This document shows positions 47,598 through 57,967 of a stretch of 64,000 nucleotides of DNA, one piece after another (position 1 is the stretch's first letter; every line of letters starts with the position of its first letter). The notes under the pieces were generated by a model. The model worked only from the letters and a program-made list of their open reading frames with translations. It made no database searches and was not told the DNA's origin. This stretch comes from an uncultured Clostridia bacterium. Lineage in GTDB: Bacteria; Bacillota; Clostridia; Christensenellales; UBA1242. The stretch lies in the NCBI GenBank assembly GCA_949841045.1, contig CATKXS010000004.1, positions 8,807 to 72,806 on the forward strand. Direction: 5' to 3'. The position numbers were made by a program, and so were the translations under genes.

Positions 47598-48527
47598 TTA
47601 ATTATTTTCATCTAAATCAAGTTTTAATTGTTGACCTGATTTTTTCTTTTTAGATTTTTTAGTAGATTGAAAAGCAACTGCATTAACTTGTGGAGGTGTA
47701 ATTTCCTCCTGATTAACCTCTTCGTTTACTTCTTGTTCCTCTGAGACTGCCTGTTCACTGACTTCAGCATTCTCTTCTTTTTCATTTCTATATTCACTCA
47801 TTCTTTTTGCACTTTCTTGAGGCGAATATAAAATTATAGTTTTTTTATCTTGATAACCAATTTCGCCGTTCATATTTGCTGAAATAAGAGCTTTTCCTAT
47901 CATTTCATCAATTTTGCCACTATTAAAAGTCGATACTTCACTACTATCAGCAAAAAGACCAATTGTACCGTTGTTCACAGTACCAACCTTGCTATCATTT
48001 AAAAGATAAGTAATATCTCCGCTAAGCATACTTACAAGATGAGCATCATCTAAAATACCGATAATATTTCCATCAATCATTGTTACAATTCTTGCTTTAT
48101 TTCTTACGAACATCACTTTTCCACTAGTCATAGTGGCAAGTTCAGCCTTACCATCAACAAATCTGATAAAACCGCCATTCATTGTTCCAATCGTGGCTTT
48201 ACCTTTGACATAATCTATTGTACAAGTATTGATTGTTGTGATAGAAGCTTTATCACTTACAGTAGTGATTTTTCCACTCTTAAAAAGTCCTATTTTCGCT
48301 TTACCAGTCAAAAGCTCAATCTCACCTTCTTCAAGCATTTGAACTTTAGCTTTGCCAGAAATCTCTTTAAATGTACAATTAAAACTTTCAAGCACTATTA
48401 CACTGCCAGTTAAAGTAACATTTTGACATTTATTTAAAATATGGACACCATTTGACAAAGTAAAATTTGCTTCTTCGTCATGAATAATAGGATCAATAAC
48501 CTTTTCTTTATTTTTAAAAAGTCCCAT
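47598..48527 (-). CDS. Repeat protein with ~10 units of ~17 aa (beta-solenoid/bactofilin-like?) and a charged tail
   Basis: Periodic KAxIxTMxxGxIxxVxx units (KATIGTMNGGFIRFVDG, KAELATMTSGKVMFVRN, KARIVTMIDGNIIGILDD ...). SD ggagggtaaaATG at 48527. Confidence 0.55.
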   Translation of the reverse strand: MGLFKNKEKVIDPIIHDEEANFTLSNGVHILNKCQNVTLTGSVIVLESFNCTFKEISGKAKVQMLEEGEIELLTGKAKIGLFKSGKITTVSDKASITTINTCTIDYVKGKATIGTMNGGFIRFVDGKAELATMTSGKVMFVRNKARIVTMIDGNIIGILDDAHLVSMLSGDITYLLNDSKVGTVNNGTIGLFADSSEVSTFNSGKIDEMIGKALISANMNGEIGYQDKKTIILYSPQESAKRMSEYRNEKEENAEVSEQAVSEEQEVNEEVNQEEITPPQVNAVAFQSTKKSKKKKSGQQLKLDLDENN

Positions 48528-48688
48528 TTTACCCTCCAATAATAATATATAAATATAAATTGTGTATAGTTATGATACCATATAACCTATTTCTATGCAA
48601 TCGTTTTTTAAAAAATTTATAAAAAAATGTAGTTTTTTAAATTATTTTTATATATTTAGTAACATTGGGTAACACAGCTTTCATATAC

Positions 48689-48717
48689 TTGACAGAAAAA
48701 ATAAAAAAGATTATATT
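48689..48717 (+). promoter_or_regulatory. Sigma-A promoter TTGACA-17-TATATT for the ABC transporter gene
   Basis: TTGACA at 48689..48694 and TATATT at 48712..48717. Confidence 0.55.
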
Positions 48718-48735
48718 ATCTTTAGAGGCAAAAAT

Positions 48736-50808
48736 ATGAAAGTACTTGAACTTAAAAATATATATAAAGATTATAAACTTGAAAATAAAGAAAAATTCAC
48801 TGCACTCGAAGACATAAATATCAGCTTTGATAAAGGTGAACTTGTTTCTATAGTGGGAGAAAGCGGAAGCGGAAAAAGCACTCTTATGAATTTAATTGGA
48901 GGTCTTGATTCTGACTACACTGGCGAGCTTAAAATAAGTGGCTCAGATTTAAAAAATTTCAAGCAAAAAGAACTTGATGACTATAGAAAAAAGAAAATTG
49001 GTTTTGTTTTTCAATCATTTAATTTAATTCCTCACCTTTCAGTTCTTGACAATGTTACTATAGGTCTGACTTTATCAAATGTAAAAGAAAGCATCAAGAC
49101 AAAAAAAGCAACTGAGCTTCTTGAAAAACTTGGCTTAAAAGACCAAATAAAAAAGAAACCGACTCAACTTTCTGGTGGGCAAAAGCAAAGGGTTGCCATT
49201 GCAAGAGCACTTATAAATGACCCAGATATTATTTTAGCAGACGAACCAACTGGCGCCTTAGATAGCACTACAACCGAACAAATCCTTGAAATATTAAAGG
49301 AAATAGCAGATGACGGCAAACTTGTCATCATGGTAACACATTCAGAAAAAGTAGCAAAAATATCATCAAGAGTGGTTGAAATCTCTGACGGAAAAATAAT
49401 AAGCGATAGCTTAAATCCCGATTATAAAAAAATAGAAAAAGAAAAACACTTAGCGCTTGATAATGTAGAAGATAAAAAAGCGAAAGAAGGACATTTGTCC
49501 CTATTCTCGGCATTTAAGTTATCATTACATAACATGTGGGCAAGCAAAATTAAAAACTTCTTAATGGCACTTGGCGTTTCAATTTCATTAATATCAATGA
49601 TACTGATGTTGTCATTTGGTGCAGGCTTAACGAGCTATATTTCAGACCAAGCAGCATCATTCTCCGACCCAAAAATCGCCACAATCACTAAAGCTGGAGG
49701 CGGTTCAATAACCAATCCTAAGACCTTTACCGAAGAAGAAATTGATAAGATTGCAGATGATATAAATATCTATCTTGATAACAAAGGAAACGATTTTAAA
49801 GTTGTAACTAAAGCCGAGGACGAATATGATTATAATTTGAAATATGGTTTTAATACTTTGGCTGGAATTGGTGATGCTTCAGCCGTAAAAATAACTTATA
49901 CACCAGAAAGTACTGGTGAAGAAGGCGAAGAAATCAAACCTATCACAAGCGGTGTTTTTTATGTTTATACCACACCACCTTCATACACAGAAAAAAATCT
50001 AATAACCAAAAATGGCCATTTATGTGGAAGAGGAGAAATTATGCTGTCTTCTGCTGCAAGCAAAGCTCTTAATATCGACAACCTTGAAGACATAGTTGGC
50101 AAACAAGTTGAAATTGATATAAAACATCAAAACATAAACCTCCCTGCACCACTCACGGTTACTATTTCATCAATTGTAGATGCTTCAATGTTTTCAAATA
50201 TGCTTGTAATGTATATTGACTATGATTACCTAAAAGAAATTACAGCAAATAATGCAGACGCTCCAACACTAGCACCAACAACGTTATATATTTTAACAGA
50301 TGATATTAAAACAACAAACTTAATAAATGATTTCATAGCATCTCGCCCTGACCTATCTGACTCATTAGAAGATAAGCTAGTTAGAATGTTTGATGAAATG
50401 TTAGACACCTTCTCAACCGCTCTTGCAGTTATTGCAGGCATTTCGCTTGTTGTTGCACTTATTATGATATTGGTTGTTCTTTATATGAGCGTATCTGAAA
50501 GGACACGAGAAATAGGCGTGCTTAAAAGTATTGGCGCAAGAAAACGGGACATAAAACAAATATTCAGTACAGAAAGTTTTCTTGTAGGTGTGCTGTCAGG
50601 CATTACTGGCATAATCTTTACCCTAATAATAGGCGGAATATTAACAATAGTGTTTAATTCTATTCTTGGATTTTCTCCACTTTGCATGAAATGGTATTAT
50701 TTCTTGGAAGCAATATTAATAAGCGTTATAATAAGCGTTCTTGCCGGACTATACCCTTCTGCAAAAGCAGCAAGACTTGACCCAGTAGAATCTCTTAGAC
50801 ACGAATAA
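48736..50808 (+). CDS. Fused ABC transporter ATPase / FtsX-MacB-type permease
   Basis: Walker A GESGSGKST, signature LSGGQKQR and Walker B ILADEPT. These are followed by 4 TM helices with a large extracytoplasmic loop and a C-terminal FtsX-type domain. Confidence 0.9.
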   Translation: MKVLELKNIYKDYKLENKEKFTALEDINISFDKGELVSIVGESGSGKSTLMNLIGGLDSDYTGELKISGSDLKNFKQKELDDYRKKKIGFVFQSFNLIPHLSVLDNVTIGLTLSNVKESIKTKKATELLEKLGLKDQIKKKPTQLSGGQKQRVAIARALINDPDIILADEPTGALDSTTTEQILEILKEIADDGKLVIMVTHSEKVAKISSRVVEISDGKIISDSLNPDYKKIEKEKHLALDNVEDKKAKEGHLSLFSAFKLSLHNMWASKIKNFLMALGVSISLISMILMLSFGAGLTSYISDQAASFSDPKIATITKAGGGSITNPKTFTEEEIDKIADDINIYLDNKGNDFKVVTKAEDEYDYNLKYGFNTLAGIGDASAVKITYTPESTGEEGEEIKPITSGVFYVYTTPPSYTEKNLITKNGHLCGRGEIMLSSAASKALNIDNLEDIVGKQVEIDIKHQNINLPAPLTVTISSIVDASMFSNMLVMYIDYDYLKEITANNADAPTLAPTTLYILTDDIKTTNLINDFIASRPDLSDSLEDKLVRMFDEMLDTFSTALAVIAGISLVVALIMILVVLYMSVSERTREIGVLKSIGARKRDIKQIFSTESFLVGVLSGITGIIFTLIIGGILTIVFNSILGFSPLCMKWYYFLEAILISVIISVLAGLYPSAKAARLDPVESLRHE

Positions 50809-50908
50809 TAATTAAGCATATCTTTCTTCAGTAAAAAGAAGGATACGGCAAATAAAAAAAATGATAAAAAATGACTTCAAATATAGAAGTCATTTTTATT
50901 TATCTTCG

Positions 50909-51682
50909 CTAATTATTTAGTTTTTCAGCACTTATATTTGTACTATTGTTACCGCCATTCTCTTCATTTATAGCCACTTCATCATTTTTAACCGAAACAT
51001 TTTCTTTTGGCGTCAATTCATTTTCCAAGAATGTTGTTCCCAGCTTAAACTTAGTAAACTTACCAATTGCAAATTGAATTACAAACACAAGTCCACCAGA
51101 TAAGTTACAAAGCATATCAAGGTCAGTATCAGTAACATAAGGCGCTATGCCATTTATTTTATCACCTTGCGCCGTCTGCCCTAAAACCAAATCAGAGAAC
51201 CATTCAACGAGTTCCCAAACAAGCTCGACTGCAAGTGTACAGAAGAAACAGAATAAAATAATTGTAAATGGGTTTAATTTCTTATAATTTTCAAGTCTTG
51301 ATAAAATAATAATTCCAAAGAAACAAAACACGTAACCAGCACAAGTATGAACAACAATATCAAACCAAGAGACTTCATGATATATGTTTAAAACGCAACC
51401 TACAAAACCTGCTATTAATGCATAGAAAAGATAGAAGAATACAACAAGATTTGAAAACCTTCGCCTTAAAATAAGTTCAAGAGCAAAAGGAAGAATATAA
51501 AGAACCGACATACCAATACAAGAAACAAATCTATTATTTTTATCTCCAGTTTTAAGATAATATATCATTAATCCTATTGTTGCAACGAGAAGAGATATTG
51601 CAAAAATTATATTTACAATTCTGAATATTTTATCTTTTTTGGACAAATCCTTAAATTTTGTCCAATTCCCATATTTCTTCAT
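50909..51682 (-). CDS. Polytopic membrane protein, unknown function
   Basis: SD ggaggaataATG at 51682 and about six hydrophobic helices. Confidence 0.5.
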   Translation of the reverse strand: MKKYGNWTKFKDLSKKDKIFRIVNIIFAISLLVATIGLMIYYLKTGDKNNRFVSCIGMSVLYILPFALELILRRRFSNLVVFFYLFYALIAGFVGCVLNIYHEVSWFDIVVHTCAGYVFCFFGIIILSRLENYKKLNPFTIILFCFFCTLAVELVWELVEWFSDLVLGQTAQGDKINGIAPYVTDTDLDMLCNLSGGLVFVIQFAIGKFTKFKLGTTFLENELTPKENVSVKNDEVAINEENGGNNSTNISAEKLNN

Positions 51683-51751
51683 TATTCCTCCGAAACACAA
51701 TATATAGTATTATGTCTTGCATGCATCATACACAATATTGTCGTAAATATA

Positions 51752-54349
51752 TTATATGCTTTCTAACTCTTTTTTAAGCTTATTAAGTTTATTTTTATTA
51801 TCTTCAAGTTTAGCTTTTTCTTTTTCCACCATTTGCAAAGGCGCCTTATTGACAAAACCTGGATTTGATAGCATCTTTTCAGAACGCTCTATTTCAAAAC
51901 AAATACTATCAATTTCCTTTTGAAGTCTTTCTCTTTCCTTATCAGAATCGACAATCTGCCCTAAAGGAATATAAACTTTGACTTCGCCATAAATCACTTT
52001 AACACATTTTTCTTCTGGAGATTTATCCACAAGTTTAATTTCATTTCCAAAAGCAAGTTTTGAAATCTCTTTTAAATTTTCTTTTACGAGATTATCTCCC
52101 TCGCCTATCGAAATTAATAGTGAAGTACGTTTATTATCTGGCACATTAAACTGTGCTCTAGCATTTCTTATAGCTTTCACAATTTCAATAATACCCACAA
52201 ATTCATCTGAAAGGTTTTTAAGTTTTACCTTTTCAGGGAATCTTGTAAGCATAATAGTCTCTTCATGATATGGAAGATTTTGATAAATATATTCTGTTAC
52301 AAAAGGTATAAAAGGATGGAATAATTTAAGTAGAGCCTCAAGCACATAATATAAAATATTTTGTGCAACATTCTTCTTTTTCATGTCCTCCCCGTATAAA
52401 TCTACCTTGCTAAGTTCTATATACCAATCACAGAATTTAGAAACGGTAAATTCAATAAGGTTAGCAGTTGCAACACCAAAAGCATATTTGTCTATATTTT
52501 TGCTTACAGATTTTATAAGCTTATCAAGTTCAAACAAAATCCACTTATCTTTAGAAGATAGTTCAAGTTTGGCAATATCCTGCTTTGCCATACCCTCTAG
52601 ATTTTGCAAAACAAATTTACTTGCATTATAAAGTTTATTAATAAATATCTTCGCCTCTTTTGCTTTCTCTTCACCATACTTAATATCTGTACCCGCGCTC
52701 ATTCCGTTTACAAGACTGAGTCTTAATGCATCGGCGCCATACTTATTTATCATATCAATTGGGTCAACGCCATTGCCAAGATGTTTAGACATCTTAATCC
52801 CCTTAATATCGCGTACTAAACCATGAATAACAACGTCTTTAAAAGGAATTTCACCCATAAATTTAATACCCGAAAAGACCATTTTAGACACCCAGAAAGT
52901 TATAATATCATAACCAGTCACCATTGTCGAAGTTGGATAATAATATTTTAAGTCTTCCGTTTTATTTGGATAACCAAGAGTTGAGAAAGGCCACAAAGCA
53001 GATGAGAACCAAGTATCTAAAACATCATTATCTTGGAACAAATGTTTGTTATGACATTCAGGACATTCAACAGGGTCTGTTTCACTGGCAAAAGCATGTC
53101 CATTTTCACAAGTGAAAACAGGAATTCTATGGCCAAGCCAAATCTGTCTTGAAATGCACCAATCTTGAATATTTTCAAGCCAATTTAGATATGTCTTTTC
53201 ATATCTCTTTGGGTGAAATTTAAGTTTTCCACTTTTCACAACATCAATTGCAGGTTTGGCAAGTTCTTCCATTCTTACAAACCACTGAGTTGAAATCTTT
53301 GGCTCGGTAAAACTTCCGCAACGTTCGCAAGTTCCAACTTGGTTTTTGTATTTTTCTTTTTTAACTAAATATCCACCCTCTTCTAGAGCCTTTTCAATGA
53401 GGCTTCTCGCCTCAATTCTGTCAAGTCCTGCAAATTTACCCGCTGCCTCAGTTAATTTGCCACAATCGTCAATACAATTGACTACATCCAAATTATGCCT
53501 TAATCCCACTTCATAATCATTAGGGTCATGTGCTGGAGTTATTTTAACTGCACCCGTACCAAAACCTATCTCGCAGTATTCATCGCCTATAAGCTTAATT
53601 TTCTTGCCAACCAAAGGCAAAATAAGGTCTTTGCCAATTTGACCCTTAAAACGTTCATCTTGAGGATTAACAGCTACCGCAGTATCACCAAATAATGTCT
53701 CTGGTCTCGTTGTAGCAACAACCACTTCACCACTTCCGTCAGCAAAAGGATAACGAATATACCAAAGATAAGTATTTTGGTCAATATGAACATTTTCATT
53801 GTCTGAAATAGTTGTCTTACAGCTTGGACAGTAATTTACAACGCGTTTACCTTTATAAATAAGACCTTGCTTATAATACTCGCAAAATACATGACGGACT
53901 GCTCTATTGAGGTTTTCGTCCATAGTAAAAGCGAGCCTAGACCAGTCACAAGAGATACCAAGCATTTTAAGTTGGTCACAAATAACATGGGTATAATTTT
54001 TATACCAGTCCCAACCTCTTCTTAAAAACTCCTCACGACCAACGCCTTCTTTAGTTAATCCGTTTTTATTTAAATCTTTAACTAGAACCTGTTCTGTCGC
54101 AATAGCTGCATGGTCAGTTCCAGGTATCCAAAGAGCATTATAACCCTGCATACGCTTAGTTCTTATCAAAATATCTTGAATAGTATTATCAAGAGCGTGA
54201 CCAATATGAGCCTTGCCAGTAACATTAAGTGGAGGCATTACAATCGAATAAGGTTTTCTTCCGTCTGGATTATTAGTAAAATATTTTTTATCATTCCAAT
54301 TTTTATAAATTTCTTGTTCAAAATTTTCTGGTGAATAACTTTTGTCCAT
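51752..54349 (-). CDS. valS: Valine--tRNA ligase
   Basis: Class I HIGH (GKAHIGH) and KMSKS (IKMSKHLGN), a CP1 editing domain and a C-terminal coiled coil. SD-preceded ATG at 54349. Confidence 0.97.
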   Translation of the reverse strand: MDKSYSPENFEQEIYKNWNDKKYFTNNPDGRKPYSIVMPPLNVTGKAHIGHALDNTIQDILIRTKRMQGYNALWIPGTDHAAIATEQVLVKDLNKNGLTKEGVGREEFLRRGWDWYKNYTHVICDQLKMLGISCDWSRLAFTMDENLNRAVRHVFCEYYKQGLIYKGKRVVNYCPSCKTTISDNENVHIDQNTYLWYIRYPFADGSGEVVVATTRPETLFGDTAVAVNPQDERFKGQIGKDLILPLVGKKIKLIGDEYCEIGFGTGAVKITPAHDPNDYEVGLRHNLDVVNCIDDCGKLTEAAGKFAGLDRIEARSLIEKALEEGGYLVKKEKYKNQVGTCERCGSFTEPKISTQWFVRMEELAKPAIDVVKSGKLKFHPKRYEKTYLNWLENIQDWCISRQIWLGHRIPVFTCENGHAFASETDPVECPECHNKHLFQDNDVLDTWFSSALWPFSTLGYPNKTEDLKYYYPTSTMVTGYDIITFWVSKMVFSGIKFMGEIPFKDVVIHGLVRDIKGIKMSKHLGNGVDPIDMINKYGADALRLSLVNGMSAGTDIKYGEEKAKEAKIFINKLYNASKFVLQNLEGMAKQDIAKLELSSKDKWILFELDKLIKSVSKNIDKYAFGVATANLIEFTVSKFCDWYIELSKVDLYGEDMKKKNVAQNILYYVLEALLKLFHPFIPFVTEYIYQNLPYHEETIMLTRFPEKVKLKNLSDEFVGIIEIVKAIRNARAQFNVPDNKRTSLLISIGEGDNLVKENLKEISKLAFGNEIKLVDKSPEEKCVKVIYGEVKVYIPLGQIVDSDKERERLQKEIDSICFEIERSEKMLSNPGFVNKAPLQMVEKEKAKLEDNKNKLNKLKKELESI

Positions 54350-54403
54350 TTTCAACTCCTGTCATTAACTTAAAGTATATAATAATTGCATAAAAAAATC
54401 AAG

Positions 54404-54426
54404 TAAAAAAGTGGGATTAACCCACC
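54404..54426 (-). terminator. Rho-independent terminator
   Basis: Minus-sense GUGGG-uuaau-CCCAC followed by U6. Confidence 0.6.
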
Positions 54427-54450
54427 TTTTCTTCTTCATAATCTAATAGA

Positions 54451-54942
54451 TTATTTAGACTTTCTTGAACTAACAAATTCAAATGCGCAAACAACTAAAG
54501 TTAAAGCTGCAAGAACAACATTTAAAATGCAAGCCCAGCCAATTGAATAAACATTCCTAAGCTTATTAACATCACTTACAATGCTTGCGAGTGAAGCGAT
54601 AGCACATACAGCAAATACAAGCATTAAAACTGCAGATACTACGCTAACAATGTTTAAAATCTTAGCTACTTTTTCGTTCTTAATTACGCCAAAACTTACA
54701 AGTAAGTTTGCAATAGCAACAACCATAACTAAAGCAACAAACAAGCAAACAAATACATTTGAAATTGCAAGTAAGTCATACTTAGCTACATTTGCACTAA
54801 AGTCAATCATGTCAAAACCATTTGTTGAATAAGTGATTCCTGCATATGAACCTGTTAAGTAAGCTTGAGACATAAATACGAATGTAAGAACGCCAAAAAC
54901 AAGCAATGCAACATTAGTAATTAAAGACTTTAAGTTTTTCAT
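54451..54942 (-). CDS. Membrane protein, unknown function
   Basis: Four hydrophobic helices. Confidence 0.5.
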   Translation of the reverse strand: MKNLKSLITNVALLVFGVLTFVFMSQAYLTGSYAGITYSTNGFDMIDFSANVAKYDLLAISNVFVCLFVALVMVVAIANLLVSFGVIKNEKVAKILNIVSVVSAVLMLVFAVCAIASLASIVSDVNKLRNVYSIGWACILNVVLAALTLVVCAFEFVSSRKSK

Positions 54943-55077
54943 TTTCCCTCCTTTATAATTTCACTTTTTATTATACCCCCCCCGAAAAAAAGTCAAGCAA
55001 TTTACCAATATTTATATATTAATTTAAAAATAAAAACGTGAAAAAATCATGGAAAATTGTTCCATGATTTTTAATGC

Positions 55078-56046
55078 TTATTTATTTTTTTCATCCTTTT
55101 TAGAATTGGTCTTTTCAACTTTGCTTGCAGTTTGTTTTGAAACGTCCATATCTTTTTTAATCACTTCGCTTACACTTGTGAAAAGCCCTGCGACATTTTG
55201 AATTTCACTTGGAACAATTATTTTTGTTGACTTGCCGTCAGCAAGAGCTTTTAATGCCTCAAAACCTTGAAGTGTAATATAAGCCGCGTCTGGAGATGCA
55301 CTATTAATTAAGTTAATAGCTTGGCTTTCACCTTCCGCAACTGCAATTAAAGCAGCCTTTCTAGCCTCAGCTTCCATAATCTTTGATTCCTTATCCGCTT
55401 CGGCTTTTAAGATTTGAGCCTGTTTTTCACCTTCTGCAACCAAGATACTTGATTTCTTTTCACCTTCTGCACGTAAGATTTGTTCACGACGTTCACGCTC
55501 AGCTCTCATTTGCTTCTCCATCGCCTCTTGAATGTCTTTAGGTGGAAGAATATTTTTAAGTTCTACACGGTTGATTTTAATTCCCCATGGGTCTGTCGCT
55601 TCATCAAGAATAAGTCTCATTTTTGTGTTTACAGTATCTCTTGAAGTGAGAGTTTCGTCAAGTTCAAGTTCTCCGACTATGTTACGAAGTGTTGTTGCTG
55701 TAAGGTTTTCAATAGCTTTAATTGGTTGGTCAACACCATAAGTAAATAGTTTTGCATCTGTTATTTGAAAATAAACAACAGTGTCAATCTGCATAGTTAC
55801 GTTATCTTTTGTAATAACTGGTTGTGGTTTAAAGTCAGCCACAATTTCTTTAAGCGAAATTGGCTTACTTGCCCTATCAAAGAATGGTAAAATAAAATGT
55901 ACACCCGTCTCTAAAGTCTTTTTATATTTTCCAAGTCTTTCAACTACTACTGCACTTGCCTGTCTTACAATCTTAACTGACATGCAAAGTGAAATTAAAA
56001 TCAATACACCTAAAATAGATAAAACTACAATCCATGCTGCGCTCAT
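55078..56046 (-). CDS. SPFH/band-7 (stomatin-like) protein
   Basis: N-terminal TM, SPFH core (VVERLGKY...TKDNVTMQIDTVVYFQI) and an Ala/Glu-rich coiled coil. Confidence 0.9.
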   Translation of the reverse strand: MSAAWIVVLSILGVLILISLCMSVKIVRQASAVVVERLGKYKKTLETGVHFILPFFDRASKPISLKEIVADFKPQPVITKDNVTMQIDTVVYFQITDAKLFTYGVDQPIKAIENLTATTLRNIVGELELDETLTSRDTVNTKMRLILDEATDPWGIKINRVELKNILPPKDIQEAMEKQMRAERERREQILRAEGEKKSSILVAEGEKQAQILKAEADKESKIMEAEARKAALIAVAEGESQAINLINSASPDAAYITLQGFEALKALADGKSTKIIVPSEIQNVAGLFTSVSEVIKKDMDVSKQTASKVEKTNSKKDEKNK

Positions 56047-56603
56047 TATTTATTATCCTCCTTATTATTTGCTTCTTCTGTTTCTACTTTCAAAACTTCT
56101 TCTGGAGTCACTTTGACTTCCTCTTTTTCTTCTTGTTTAACCTCTGCAACTTTGTTGTTATTTTCACTAGAAGCTTCTTTAACAACAATTTTATTTCCGT
56201 CAACTTTTATAACTTCAACAAATTGCCCTGCTTTTATTGGCTGACTATTTTCGCTTATTGCAGTCCATACAACGCCATTAATTTTTATACTGCCATTCTT
56301 TTCCAAGTCAATATCCTCAAGAAGTTTAAATCTCTTTCCACATAATGAATCAAGATTTGTCTTTTCATTCATGTTCTTAAATAAGAACTTTTGAGCATAT
56401 TTCCTTAAGAAAATTATAAGAAGTGCTGAAATGACAACAAACACAACTATTTGAACAGCAATTGGCACACCTCTGATTGCTGCCATAATAAACGGAATAA
56501 TTCCTCCGACAGCAAACCAAATTGATACTAGCTCCATCGTTACAATTTCAATCAAAAGTGAAACAGCCACAATGCCTAGCCAAACCCAAAACATTGGTTC
56601 CAT
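56046..56603 (-). CDS. NfeD-family membrane protein
   Basis: TM helices plus a C-terminal OB-like domain (GKRFKLLEDI...GSIKINGVVWTAIS). Overlaps the SPFH gene start. Confidence 0.8.
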   Translation of the reverse strand: MEPMFWVWLGIVAVSLLIEIVTMELVSIWFAVGGIIPFIMAAIRGVPIAVQIVVFVVISALLIIFLRKYAQKFLFKNMNEKTNLDSLCGKRFKLLEDIDLEKNGSIKINGVVWTAISENSQPIKAGQFVEVIKVDGNKIVVKEASSENNNKVAEVKQEEKEEVKVTPEEVLKVETEEANNKEDNK

Positions 56604-56666
56604 TTTCTCCCTCCTTTAATATTAATATGTTATAAAACTTAAATTTCTTCTTTAAATTAAATATAT

Positions 56667-57341
56667 TTAAATTTCAAAGTCAGTATATGCCTCATCAGCT
56701 TCTTCAAGTACTTTAATATTCTCTTTGTTAGATTGCATTTTTCTAGTAAAAAAATTAATTTGCTCTTGAGATTCACTTATCATATCCTCATTGTTCTTTT
56801 TTGCAAGGTTGAAATAATAATTCTTTAAGTCCAAATCATAAAAGACATTAAATCGTTGAGAAAATAATTTTCTAAGCCCTGCAATAAGTCCACCTATTTG
56901 ACTGAGTTCTTTATAAACATCTTTAACATTAATAATCTCATTTTCTTCCTTGCGTCCAGGAAAATTAAAATCGTCTAACGCATCTTTTCCATCATCACTA
57001 ACACGCACATAGAAATCTTTTTCTGTACAGTCAAGATTAAAATGCCCTTTACAATTTCTTAACAGCGGATTAGCAATTCTAACCTCTGCGTATCTAAGTC
57101 TCCATATTTTATTGCTATTATCATGCCAACAATCATAATCAATATTTTTTAACATCTCTTTAAGTACGCTAAGTTGTTCTTTATTATTACTATTTTTTTG
57201 AGCATCTTCTACATCAACCAAAAGAATGTCTAAGAACTCGCCCTCCTTTTTAGAAAATAAAATTGTGTAATCTCCATCTTTAGTGTTAATTTTCTTTCCT
57301 AATAGTTCATTTTCGTTTAATTTTTCCAAATACTTATTCAT
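56667..57341 (-). CDS. Hypothetical protein (224 aa)
   Basis: SD aaggagagttgttATG at 57341. No recognisable motif. Confidence 0.5.
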   Translation of the reverse strand: MNKYLEKLNENELLGKKINTKDGDYTILFSKKEGEFLDILLVDVEDAQKNSNNKEQLSVLKEMLKNIDYDCWHDNSNKIWRLRYAEVRIANPLLRNCKGHFNLDCTEKDFYVRVSDDGKDALDDFNFPGRKEENEIINVKDVYKELSQIGGLIAGLRKLFSQRFNVFYDLDLKNYYFNLAKKNNEDMISESQEQINFFTRKMQSNKENIKVLEEADEAYTDFEI

Positions 57342-57467
57342 AACAACTCTCCTTAAAATGAATACATATATATTATACAATATAATAATTAAAAAGTCAA
57401 TATTATTACTATGAAATAAGATATGCAAAGAGCAAAATGAAAAATTTAAAAAAGTTTTAAAAAACAG

Positions 57468-57496
57468 TTGATTTTTATAAAAATATTTGCTATTAT
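57468..57496 (+). promoter_or_regulatory. Sigma-A promoter TTGATT-17-TATTAT for tRNA-Gly/tRNA-Cys
   Basis: About 40 nt upstream of tRNA-Gly. Confidence 0.55.
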
Positions 57497-57535
57497 ATTA
57501 GAGCAAACCTTAGCTATTGGCATATATATAATTAT

Positions 57536-57610
57536 GCGGGAGTGGCTCAGTGGTAGAGCGTTGCCTTGCCAAGGCAAATGTCGCGAGTTCGAATCTCGTC
57601 TTCCGCTCCA
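57536..57610 (+). tRNA. tRNA-Gly (GCC)
   Basis: Acceptor GCGGGAG/CTTCCGC. Anticodon arm TTGCC-TTGCCAA-GGCAA. CCA encoded. Confidence 0.9.
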
Positions 57611-57614
57611 TAAT

Positions 57615-57689
57615 GGTACCATCGCCAAGCGGTAAGGCAAAGGTCTGCAAAACCTTTATTCCCCGGTTCAAATCCGGGTGGTACCTCCA
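57615..57689 (+). tRNA. tRNA-Cys (GCA)
   Basis: Acceptor GGTACCA/TGGTACC. Anticodon arm AAGGT-CTGCAAA-ACCTT. CCA encoded. Confidence 0.9.
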
Positions 57690-57880
57690 AAATTAAAATA
57701 GCCACCCAAAACGGGCTGTTTTTAATATTAGAGGTATTTTTATTTTATCTAGCTTTCATCTTTAAGATAAAAGTCAAAACAGTAAATTTAAAATACATCT
57801 ATCCTTTTGCTTTAATTAAGCACTTGTCAACCTATTATTAAAAATCATGGAGTAGCTTGACAAAAAAAACAAATGAATAT

Positions 57881-57966
<86 letters not shown>

Positions 57967-57967
57967 C

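Noticed and set aside
54356-54450. T-box or other leader upstream of valS (and likewise asnS and lysS).
   Set aside because: The intergenic regions are too short (about 95 nt for valS) and lack the GGTGGTACC T-box motif. Only pheS has one.
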